DNA of 64,000 nt from NCBI RefSeq assembly GCF_963921235.1, contig NC_086108.1:77750001-77814000 (forward strand), given 5' to 3'. The notes under the pieces are model-generated. The model saw only the letters and a list, made by a program, of their open reading frames with translations. It made no database searches and had not been told where the DNA came from. Numbering within the stretch: the stretch's first letter is position 1; every line of letters begins with the position of its first letter. The DNA is from Mobula hypostoma (taxonomy: Eukaryota). Shown piece after piece: positions 24,279 through 35,333 of the stretch. The position numbers were made by a program, and so were the translations under genes.

Positions 24279-25008
24279 TACTGAGAGAATTCTGTGATTC
24301 TGAACTTCTGTAAAATGAAGTTCACTGCAAGCTTGATCATTCAGCTGGACACATTATAGCACTCAGTATTCAATATTTTGTTCATGAGTTCCAGATAATG
24401 ATTCTGATATTTGCATTTATGCCTCTTCTGGAACGAGCTTTCATTCCTTTACTTGATCCACTACCATACCTATTGCTTTGCAACATTATTCCTTGAGTAA
24501 TTTATCTCTTTTCCCTTCCACTCTTCCACAGGTCTCCTTCCCAATCCCACTTTCTCTGCCTCTGTCGTGTTTAAGTTATGCTACACGTTGCTTCTCTACA
24601 AAGTGCCTTTACTTTTGTTCCATTCCAACTGCTCCATATTCTTGTCACCTCCAGTTGACTCTTCCAATGAACACCTGGCACATCCCTCATCCTTAATACT
24701 TCAACTCATCCAAATCTCTTGTTGAAACCCTTTAATGCATACCAGCCAGTTCACACAGCAGTCTGTCTTTTCTGAATATATTTGTTCCTGGTCTTTCAGC
24801 AGCTTCAAAAAGTACTTCATCATTGTGGATAATTCTCTGTGCAATCTTACACTCCTTGTCTCTGTCTGATTCTACAACCCTGAAACCCACATACAGAGCA
24901 GTCCAGACAATATCAAATACAGTAGATACATATGCTGAAATTGAGAAATGAAAGGAGAAAATCTGAAACTCTGAGACTCCCTGGTGTAGTCATACATACA
25001 TACATACA

Positions 25009-26607
25009 CAGTGCCTATAAAAAGTATTCCTTCCTCTTGGAAGTTGTTATGTTTTATTGTTTTACAACGTTGAATCACAGTGGATTTAATTTAGCTTTTT
25101 TGACTCTGTTCAAAAGAAAAAGACTTTCATGTCAAAGTGAAAACAGATCTCTACAAACTGTTCTAAATTAATTACAAATATAAAAACACAAAATATTCAC
25201 CCTGTTTAATATGACACACCAGATCATCACTGGTGCAGCCAATTGGTTTTAGAAGTCACCTAATTCGTTAACTGGAGATCACCTGTGTGCAGTCAAGCTG
25301 TTTCAATTGATTGTAGTAAAAATTGCACCCTGTAGCTAGAAGGTCCAACTGCTGGCGAGTCAGTATCCTGGCAAAAACTAGACCATGAAGACAAAAGAAC
25401 AATCCAAGCCACTCTGTGGGAAGGTTATTGAAAGGCACAAGTCAAGAGATGGATACAAGAAAATTACCAAGTCACTGAATATCACTTGGAGTAGAGTTAA
25501 TTCAAACATCAAGAAATAGAGTGAATATGGCACAGCTATAAATCTGCCTAGAACAGCTGTCCTCAAAAGCAGAGTGACCATACAAGAAGGGGACTAGTGA
25601 AGAAGGCCACCAAGAGACTTATGACAACTCTGGAAGAGTTACAAGCTTTAGTGGCTGAGATGGGAGAAACTGCACATTTGACAACTGTTGCCCGGGTGCT
25701 TAACCAGTTGCAGCTTTATAGAAGAGTGGAAAAGAGAAAACCACTGTTTAAAAAAGAAACTCACATGAAATCTCATTAGAGTTTGCCAGAAGGCATGTGG
25801 GAGACTCTGAAGTCAGCTGGAAGAAGGTTCTATGGTCTGATGAAACCAAAATTGAGCTTTTCAGCCATCAGACTAAATGTTCTGTTTGGCATAAGCCAAA
25901 CACCACACATCATCAAAAACACATCATCCCTATCATGAAGCAAGGTGGCGGCTGCATCATGCTCTGGGGATTCTTCACTGCAGCAGGCCCTGGAAGGCTT
26001 GTGAAGGTAGAGGGTAAAATGAATGCAGCAAAATACAGGGAAATCCTGGAGGAAAACCTGATGCAGTCTGCAAGAGAACTGTGACCTGAGAGAAGATTTG
26101 TTTTCCAGCAGGACAATCAACCAAGCATAAAGCCAAAGTTACACAAGAATGGCTTAAAACCGGCAAAGTTAATGTCTTGGAGTGGCCAAGTCAGAGTCCA
26201 GACCTCAATCCAATTGAGAATTTGTGGCTGGATTTCAAAAGTGTTGTTCACTCATGATCCCCATGCAATCTGACAGACCTTGTTCAGTTTTGTAAAGAAG
26301 AATGGGAAAAAATTGCAGTATCTGGATGCACAAAGCTGATTAAGACCTATCCACACAGACTGCTGCCAAAGGTTCATCTACTAAATACTGACTTGTAGGG
26401 GGTGAATACTTATGCAATTAATTATTTTATATTTTACATTTGTAGTTAATTTCAATCACTCTGTAGATATCTGTTTTCACTTTGATACGAAATAATTAGT
26501 TTCTGTTGGTCAGTGTCAAAAAAGCCAAATTAAATCCACTGTGATTCAATGTTATAAAACAATTAAACATAAAACTTCCAAGGGGTGTGGGTGACTGCTT
26601 TTATAGG
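25009..26607 (+). mobile_element. Tc1/mariner DNA transposon (IR/DR type, Passport-like), defective
   Basis: ~200-bp TIRs (25009-25205 and ~26400-26607, right tip lost); transposase 25385-26390 [48 protein letters not shown] with stops and frameshifts. Confidence 0.92.
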
Positions 26608-27657
26608 AGAAGTAAGAATATCTGGGGTGGGTGGGGTCTTTGATTATGTTGGCTGCTTTATCAAGGCAACAATGTGTGTAGACCGAGTCCATGGAGGGGT
26701 GGCTATTTTATGTGATACTCCCCAGCTCTCTGCTGTTTCTTGCTGTCTCAGACAGAGCAGTTGCCAGACCGAGTCCTAATGTACCTGGATAGGATGGTTT
26801 CTGGAGTGCATCTATCAAAATTGGAGAGGGCCAAAGTGTACATTAAACTTCCGTAAGCCTCTGTTGCGCATATCTATCTATTTTTGAATAATCCAGCAGG
26901 TCAGGGTCTACTGCGTAATCATTTTATTGCAGGTTAATTCAATGGAATTGTAGCATAGTTCAGTGAAGCATAGGTGGAGGGATTACTAAGGGACCATGCT
27001 GATGGCTGGTGGGCAAGTCACAATATCTTATTGCAACAGTAGGCTTAAATGGTTTAAATTGTCAACCTCTTAAATGATCCTTTACTGCCTTCATCTAACT
27101 CAGAAAATCCAGGTCCGTTTTTCCAAACTCAGGATGAAATATGCAGTCAGCTGTGCTGCTGCTAATCATGTCTGAGTGCTCAGGAACTCCAGGTAAAAGT
27201 GGAATGGGACTGATCATAAAGTCTATTATGGCAAAACAATAAGCTGCAAATCACGATCTGTATCAAAAACTACTACACTCAACTACCGTGCATCTTTGTA
27301 TAATAAAAAAATTAGCAAGAGTGGAGGTAGGGAATGGCAGTCATTGGACCAATTTTGGAATATGTTAATTATCTGAAAAGAAGAAGAAATTCTCTGACTG
27401 TTAATCATCCTTTGTTCCTCTCCCAACCTGCACCTACATGCAAAATAACCAGCTTCTGATATCATAGAGTCGGCAAGAAATGAGGATATAAAAATCCTGC
27501 AGTTCATGTGGAACGGACATGAACCAATAATTTTCAATAGGAGGCACAATAAAATATCTCAGGAATTTCAGTGGAAACCCCTCATGTAATCCAGGGGAAA
27601 TTTATCAAAATCAATACATTGAATCCTACCACCTGTGAAAAGCACAAGATTGAAAGT

Positions 27658-30612
27658 GCATGAACTTCGGATTGCCTCTGCCATTGATCTCGCCGGCTCC
27701 AACAACTCAGGGCATATTCAAAACCCGGACTCCAGCAACGACCATGGACACCTTCAAAGCGATTGCGAAACCACCAACTGCGACTCCAGCCTTGAACTCC
27801 AGGCCGGGTCTTTATGTGCTGCTATTGTGACTCCCGTCTCCCCTTCCCCCACCAATACTCTGCAATCCTTTCTCCCTCAGATCCCATCGTCAGCTCCTGG
27901 GTGCCCAGAGGCTCCATCTTCCTCTCACCCCAACCCTCCCCTCTCCACTGACACCCCCAGCCTCCCCCCTCCCCCCTCTGATCCCAGCTCTCATCCGTGC
28001 CGGGTTTTTACCATCCCCTCTGACCTTCAACTGTCAGAGGCAGAACGCTCTGTCCTCAGTAAGGGCCTCACCTTTGTCCCCCTTCGCCCACACCTCAGCA
28101 AGTTCCGTGTTCGCCATAATGAGGAACTTTTCTTCTGCCGTCTCCGTCTCCGAGCCTACTTCTTCGGCAAGGACTCTCTCACCCCCACCGATGATACCCT
28201 TCTCCTGTCTTCAACCCTCCTCTTCTTCATGGACACCCCGCTCTGGTCTTCTGCCTGCTCTGGATCTCTTTATTGCTAACTGCCGATGGGACATCAACCG
28301 TCTCGACTTCACCGCACCTTGTTCCCATTCCAACCTCACTCCTTCCGAACGCTCTGCTCTCCACTCCCTCCGCACTGATCCTAACTTTACTATTAAACCC
28401 GCCGATAAGGGGGGTGCTGTTGTAGTCTGGCGTACTGACCTCTACCTTGCCAAGGCACAGCGACAACTTGCGGATACCTCCTCTTATTTACCCCTCGATC
28501 GTGACCCCACTAAGGAGCACCAGGCCATTGTCTTCCACACCATCACCGACTTTATCCGCTCAGGGGATCTCCCATCCACTGCTACCAACCTTATAGTTCC
28601 CACACCTCGCACTTCTCGTTTCTACCTCCGACCCAAGATCCACAAACCTGCCTGTCCTGGCCGACCTATTGTCTCAGCTTGCTCCTGCCCCACCGAACTC
28701 GTTTCTGCATACCTCGACACGGTTTTATCCCCCCTTGTTCAATCCCTTCCTACCTATGTTCATGACACTTCTCACGCTCTTTAACTTTTCGATGATTTTA
28801 AGTTCCCTGGCTCCCACCGCTTTATTTTCACCATGGATATCCAGTCCCTATATACTTCCATCCCCCATCAGGAAGGTCTCAAAGCTCTCTGCTTCTTTTT
28901 GGATTCCAGGCCTAATCAGTTCCCCTCTACTACCACTCTGCTCCGTCTAGTGGAATTAGTCCTTACTCTTAATAATTTCTCCTTTGGCTCCTCCCACTTC
29001 CTCCAAACTAAAGGTGTAGCTATGGGCACCTGCATGGGTCCTAGCTATGCCTGCCTTTTTGTTGGCTTTGTGGAACAATCTATGTTCCGTACGTATTCTG
29101 GTATCTGTCCCCCACTTTTCCTTCGCTACACCGACGACTGCATTGGCGCTACTTCCTGCACACATGCTAAGCTCGTTGACTTTATTAACTTTGCCTCCAA
29201 CTTTCACCCTGCCCTCAAATTTACCTGGTCCATTTCCGACACCTCTCTCCCCTTTCTAGACCTTTCTGTCTCTATCTCTGGAGACAGCTTATCTACTGAT
29301 GTCTACTATAAGCCTATTGACTATCATAGCTATCTGGACTATTCCTCTTCTCACCCTGTCGCTTGCAAAAATGCCATCCCCTTCTCGCAATTCCTCCGTC
29401 TCTGCCGCATCTGTTCTCAGGATGAGGCTTTTCATTCCAGGACGAGGGAGATGTCCTCCTTTTTTAAAGAAAGGGGCTTCCCTTCTTCCACCATCAACTC
29501 TGCTCTCAAACGCATCTCCCCCATTTCACGCACATCTGGTCTCACTCCATCCTCCTGCCACCCCACTAGGAATAGGGCTCCCCTGGTCCTCACCTACCAC
29601 CCCACCAGCCTCCGGGTCCAACATATTATTCTCCGTAACTTCCGCCACCTCCAACGGGATCCCACCACTAAGCACATCTTTCCCTCCCCCACCCCTCTGC
29701 TTTCCACAGTGATTGCTCCCTATGTGACTCCCTTGTCTATTCGTCCCCCCCATCCCTCCCCACTGATCTCCCTCCTGGCACTTATCCTTGTAAGCGGAAC
29801 AAGTGCTACACATGTCCTTACACTTCCTCCCTCACCACCATTCAGGGCCCCAGACAGTCCTTCCAGGTGAGGCGACACTTCACCTGTGAGTTGGCTGGGG
29901 TGATATACTGCGTCCGGTGCTCCCGATGTGGCCTTCTATATATTGGCGAGACCCGACGCAGACTGGGAGACCGCTTTGCTGAACACCTACGCTCTGTCCG
30001 CCAGAGAAAGCAGGATCTCCCAGTGGCCACACATTTTAATTGCACATCCCATTCCCATTCTGACATGTCTATCCACTGCCTCCTCTACTGTAAAGATGAA
30101 GCCATACTCAGGTTGGAGGAAAAACCCCTTATATTCCGTCTGGGTAGCCTCCAACCTGATGGCATGAACATTGACTTCTCTAACTTCCGCTAATGCTCCA
30201 CCTCCCCCTCATACCCCACCCATTATTTATTTTAATACACACATTGTTTCTCTCACTGTCCTTTTTCTCCCTCTGTCCCCTTGACTATACCCCTTGCCCA
30301 TCCTCTGGGTTCCCCCCCCTTTTCTCCCTGGGCCTCCTGTCCCATGATCCTCTCATATCCCCTTTTGCCAATCACCTGTCCAGCTCTTGGCTCTATCCCT
30401 CCCCCTCCTGTCTTCTCCTATCATTTTGGATCTCCCCCTCCCCCTCCAGCTTTCAAATCCCTTACTCACTCTTCCTTCAGTTAGTCCTGACGAAGGGTCT
30501 CGGCCTGAAACGTCGACTGTACCTCTTCCTACAGATGCTGCCTGGCCTGTTGCATTCACCAGCAACTTTGATGTGTGTTGCTTGAATTTCCAGCATCTGC
30601 AGAATTCCTGTT
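27658..30612 (+). mobile_element. Penelope-like element (RT + GIY-YIG), 5'-truncated, with 3' pseudo-LTR and 10-bp TSD
   Basis: LSKGLTF, IKPADKGGAVVV, PKIHK..GRPIVS, MDIQSLYTSIP, GVAMG, RYTDD, VIYCVRCSRCGLLYIGET; gattgaaagt at 27648-27657 and 30613-30622; frameshifted. Confidence 0.95.
30483..30518 (+). ncRNA. Minimal type I hammerhead ribozyme motif in PLE pseudo-LTR
   Basis: agtc-CTGACGA-agg(gtctcgg)cct-GAAA-cGTC-gact: stem I agtc/gact, both core boxes, GUC site, palindromic ACGT in place of stem III. Confidence 0.75.
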
Positions 30613-31271
30613 GATTGAAAGTTTCAATTATTTTATATCAAGTAAATCAGATTTCCAGTGATTCTATTAGTCTAAGGATTATTTTATAGTCCTTTCTTGT
30701 TACCAGTAGTAATGCTCAGCCAATATTAAATTGTACTTACATGTTTCTTTTAGTCTTTTTATTTCAAAAATAGACTAAATTCAGAAAAAAATATACAAGT
30801 ATTACAAGGCCAAACAGTACATTAATTTCCTGACTTTCATAGTTTTACTGTGTCTAAACATTTTTTTGTTAAAATTCTTGCAGTGTTGGGCACCATTGTC
30901 ACCTATCTAGCCACGTTGAACAATATACGTTTCAAGTGCTTGAGAGGCTTTTCCACGGGACTCAGCCCTCACAATCCAGAGCAGTCCTTCCCCACAAAAC
31001 CTTTACATTGGCTACATCAGCTTTCAGTGTGTCTCCTAGCATACACTTCTGCAGCATGGAATGTGCGAAATGACAATAATCCCTTAAGGACGTTGTGCTG
31101 TACTTGGAAGACCAAGAGGTTTTGGGTGGATGAAACAGCATATTTCACTTAGTTAATGATCTTCTAGCAGCACTTGATATTTGTCTTTTAATTAATTATT
31201 CTGCTGCTGTCACATCAAGGAAGCCAAGAGCAGCAACACTGAATGGAGTTCTTCATTAATCCATACATACA

Positions 31272-31553
31272 GTAAGACCATAAGACATAGGAGCAGAATT
31301 ACACCATTCGGCCCATTGAGAGTCTGCTCCACCATTCCATCATGACTGATTTATTTTTGCCCCCAACCCCATTCTTAGTTTACATAGCATGCCCACGGTT
31401 TACCTGTATGTTTTTGGAATGTGGGACGAAACTGGAGCATCCAGAGAAAACACAGGATCACGGGGAGAAGTACAATCTCCTTACACACAGCCGTGGGTAT
31501 TGAACCCAGGTCACTAGCACTGTAAAGTGCTGTGCTAACCACTATGCCACCAT
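31272..31553 (-). mobile_element. CR1 3' tail plus HE1-like SINE
   Basis: 'taagaccataagacataggagcagaatt' tail; SINE core 'ggaatgtgggacgaaactggagcatccagag'; B-box reverse complement 'attgaaccc'. Confidence 0.7.
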
Positions 31554-32745
31554 GTAGGTTAACACATTATCATTATTCTTTTATCATCTTTTTGAGGATA
31601 CAATAGGGTCTTTCAAATAGGTACATGGAGCCCTAGAAAATTAGAGGGCTATGCAGTAGGAAAATTCTAGGCAGCTTCTAGATTAAGTTACATGGTCAGC
31701 ACTATATTGTGGGCCGAAGGGTCTGTAATATGCTGTAGATTACTATGTTTCTATCATTGTTACTTTACTGAGTGAACTATTTTGGAATTATCCATGGACT
31801 ACCATCTCAAAGCAAAAATCACATCAGATCCGGATTCTCATTTTGAGAAATAACTTAAAGAAGGACACTTATAGGTGCTAGGAGGAACAAAACCATCCTT
31901 ATTGGCCCAATAGAAATAAAGTAGGCTCTGTAATCTTGGGATATATTCTCTGTTATTGCTAATGCCATTATTCCACCCACTCCACTATCTCTCTTCATTG
32001 ATACCAAACAAACAACCAAAATATCAAACCAGTCAGAATCTGTGGGATGGTTTCATGACCCTCACTAGACAGCAAGTTGTTTTTGAGGCCAAAAAATTAG
32101 GCTTTGATTCGCCTACCTTATGCCCACTAAAAAGGCAGAACCAAATTAATCTTCAACCAGTTTCTCACAGCCATGTGGAGATACACGCTTGTTACTTTTC
32201 AATTGTTCTTCCAAAAAAAAATTAAGAAGGAATTAAATTAGCAGCATTAAAAATCACTTTCTTGACATTTGCATCCTTGGTGCTTTTCCATTGCCTGAAA
32301 ATTTATTAAAAGCAGGACAGATATTAAAAGTTTCCTGGCCTGGAGCTGATTTTACCTTTTATGAGACAAGCCTCAACAGTACTGAATGCCTACATGGGCA
32401 GTGAATTCTGGCTGCAATTTTGAGTCCGAAGTTTTAATATTGAATTGGCAAAATGTAGATGACTGAGCAACTGTTCTACTAAATTAACTCCCAATTTCAG
32501 GTTCCTGGAATACCCAAAGGATGCGTGCGGGAACAGCTACTACTACTACTACTACTAATAATACAACCAATGGCTAAATATGGAACACATAAGTATCTGG
32601 GATATCAACGAGCAAAGAAAATAGATCGATTGCAATAAAGGGAAAACATTTGACAAAATTTACTTCATGGCTTAAGAAAATCAGCCAAATAGAGCTCAAT
32701 AGTAAAAAATATAATAAAGTCAAAAAGCACCTTTGCTATACCCAT

Positions 32746-33365
32746 GTAAGACCACAAGACCATAAGATATAGGAGCAGAATTAGGCCCTTTGGCCCATCA
32801 GCTCCACCTTTTCATCATGGCTGATCCACATTTCCTCTCAGCCCCAATCTCCTGCCTTCCTCCCATATCTCTTCAAGCACTGACCAGTCAAGAATCTATC
32901 TACTTCTGCCTTAAATATACATAAAGACTTGACCTCTACAGCTGCCTGTGGCAACGAATCTCACAGAATTCATTACTATGTGGCTAAAGAAATTCCTCCT
33001 CATCCATTCTAAAAGGACACTCCTCAATTCTGAGGCTGTGTCCTCTGGTCTTGGACTCTACCAACATACGAAACATCCTCTCTGAATCCACTCTTTCAAA
33101 ACCTTTCACCATTCGAAATGTTTCAATGAGGACACTCCTCACTCTTCTGAATTCCAGAGAATACAGGCCCAGAGCCATCAAATGCTCTTCACATGGCAAG
33201 CTGTTCAATCCTAGAATCATTTTCATGAACTTCCAGTTTCAGCACATCCTTTCTAAGAAGAGGGGCCCAAAACTCCTCAAATTACTCCAAGTGAGGCCTC
33301 ACCAGTGCTTTATAAAGCCTCAACATTACATCCTTGCTTTTATAAGTCCTCTTGTAATGAATGTG
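32746..33365 (-). mobile_element. CR1 3' fragment nested in R4/Dong
   Basis: ORF 32984-33226 LGLYSLEFRR..TRGHSL; tail 'taagaccacaagaccataag'. Confidence 0.85.
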
Positions 33366-33558
33366 ATATCTTGGTCTGAAACTGATCTGGAAAATTTACA
33401 AAGTAAAATAAGAAATGAAATACATATTTTAGAAAACACTATGTACACTCGAACGCCCTTGGATTAACACTACCTAGGACAGAAAGAGGAAGAGGAATAA
33501 CAGACATAAAAAAATTACACGAAGGTCAGATAAAACTTCTAAGGATATACTTTCATCA

Positions 33559-33838
33559 GCGATTCAGGAATAGCTTCTTCCCCTCTGCTATCCTATTCCT
33601 AAATGAACTTAGAAGTTTTAGACACTATCTCACTTTCTTTAAGATATATTTCTGTTTTTGCATATTTTTAATAATCTATTCAATATACATAATTGATTCA
33701 CTTGTTTATTTATTATTATGTCTTATTTTTTTTCTCTCTCTCCACTAGATTATGTACTGCTTTGAACTGCTGCTGCTAAGTTAACAAATTTCACATCACA
33801 TGCCGGTGATAATAAACCTAATTCTGATTCCGATTCTG
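33559..33838 (+). mobile_element. Rex1-like 3' end nested in R4/Dong
   Basis: 'gattcaggaatagcttcttcccctctgc' and tail aataaacc(ATTCTG)n. Confidence 0.75.
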
Positions 33839-34462
33839 AAAAACTTGATTCAGCACACCACATGAGTATATGCAATTCAGATAAGAGGTCCACACCATTC
33901 AACTTAAATGAAAGCACAACCCAGAAAAATAAAGAAATTATCACCATAGAAGAGAAGTTTAACCAATGGAAGAGCATGACCCTCCATTGAAGACGTCCCC
34001 ACAATCTGAGCAGACTAGGTGTCGACAAGTGTTAAACGCTTGGCTCAAAGTTGGAGTTCTCTTCGCAGAAAGAGGGGTTCCATGGGACAATACAGGATCA
34101 GGTGGTTAACACAGAAGATTATAATAAATGACCAACAAATTCAAGATGATAAATGCAGAAAATGCCAAGAGAAACCAGAAACAATCCAATATATTGCAGG
34201 ATCCTGTAGAAATTTAACTCAATCTGATTAAATACACAGGCACAATCAAGTGGCAAACATCATTCACCAAAATCTTACTTTAAAATACAAACTCATAAAA
34301 GACAATATACCCTACTATAAATACAAACCTGATCCAGTTTTAGAGTAAAGGTCCTACAAATTATATTATATCAATTACTACAGTTAGGACAATCCATAAT
34401 AACTGCTGGATAAACATGATAAACATGCAAGAATAAATATAGTCATTCCAAACATATATAAT

Positions 34463-35333
34463 TGTAGCCTGGGGAAAAGTACACACTCAAGACAACAAAG
34501 ACTTTATTGGGTTTTAATTCCTTTATCTGTTTTAGATGTTTAAGTGCCAGAAGAGGGTCGCAAAGCAAAACAAATGAATTTACAACCAGTTCTTGCCGCT
34601 ACAATCTCAGTTTAACTTTCGACTCACACCCTTGTGTATGGACAGAATTGCGTATGTAATATAAAAAATACTAGAACAAATACAGTACTAACACAGTAGT
34701 GGCAATTCTGAAGGAACACAATACAAACAACATTAGAATCCCACCCACCCTGCATCTTAAACATAACAGCGAAAAATGTAAGCAAATACATCCCATCTAA
34801 GACATACACACGTGCTGAACTTCCGAACAGAGACTAAACATTCACATTACGCGGTTGCATGCACAATCAGTCCTGATACAATAAAGTTAGACAAAAGGTA
34901 CACTTTGGCACAACTTTTACAAGATATTGCTTGGTAGTTAAATTACAGGAAGACTGACCTACTTGGCTGGTGAGGAACTTTGCCCAAGCCACGCAATCCA
35001 GCGTTGAGTTATTTACTGGATCAAGCCTAAAGCATCCACATGTATAACATTTCAAATTACTGATATTCTTGATCCTCCAACAAGCATAAACAAATTCACA
35101 TGGATATTGTCAATTAATGCTCACCTTTCCTCACCATGCCCAGCCTCGGGAGGAACCCGATTCCAACGCCTTATCACGTCTTCAGCAGAAAACAAAATGG
35201 TCTTCCCACTATCCCACGCATGCATAATGACATCACCGTAAAAGGCACAGACAACTATTCTAGCATTACCCGGATGGCAGCCTAAGTACACTTTTAACGA
35301 TACTGAATAAGATCCGACAGTCACCCGGTTACA
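34463..35333 (-). mobile_element. Solo LTR, 871 bp, 4-bp TSD, nested in R4/Dong
   Basis: TGTAGCC...GGTTACA termini; taat duplicated at 34459-34462 and 35334-35337; minus-strand AATAAA near 34503. Confidence 0.85.
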
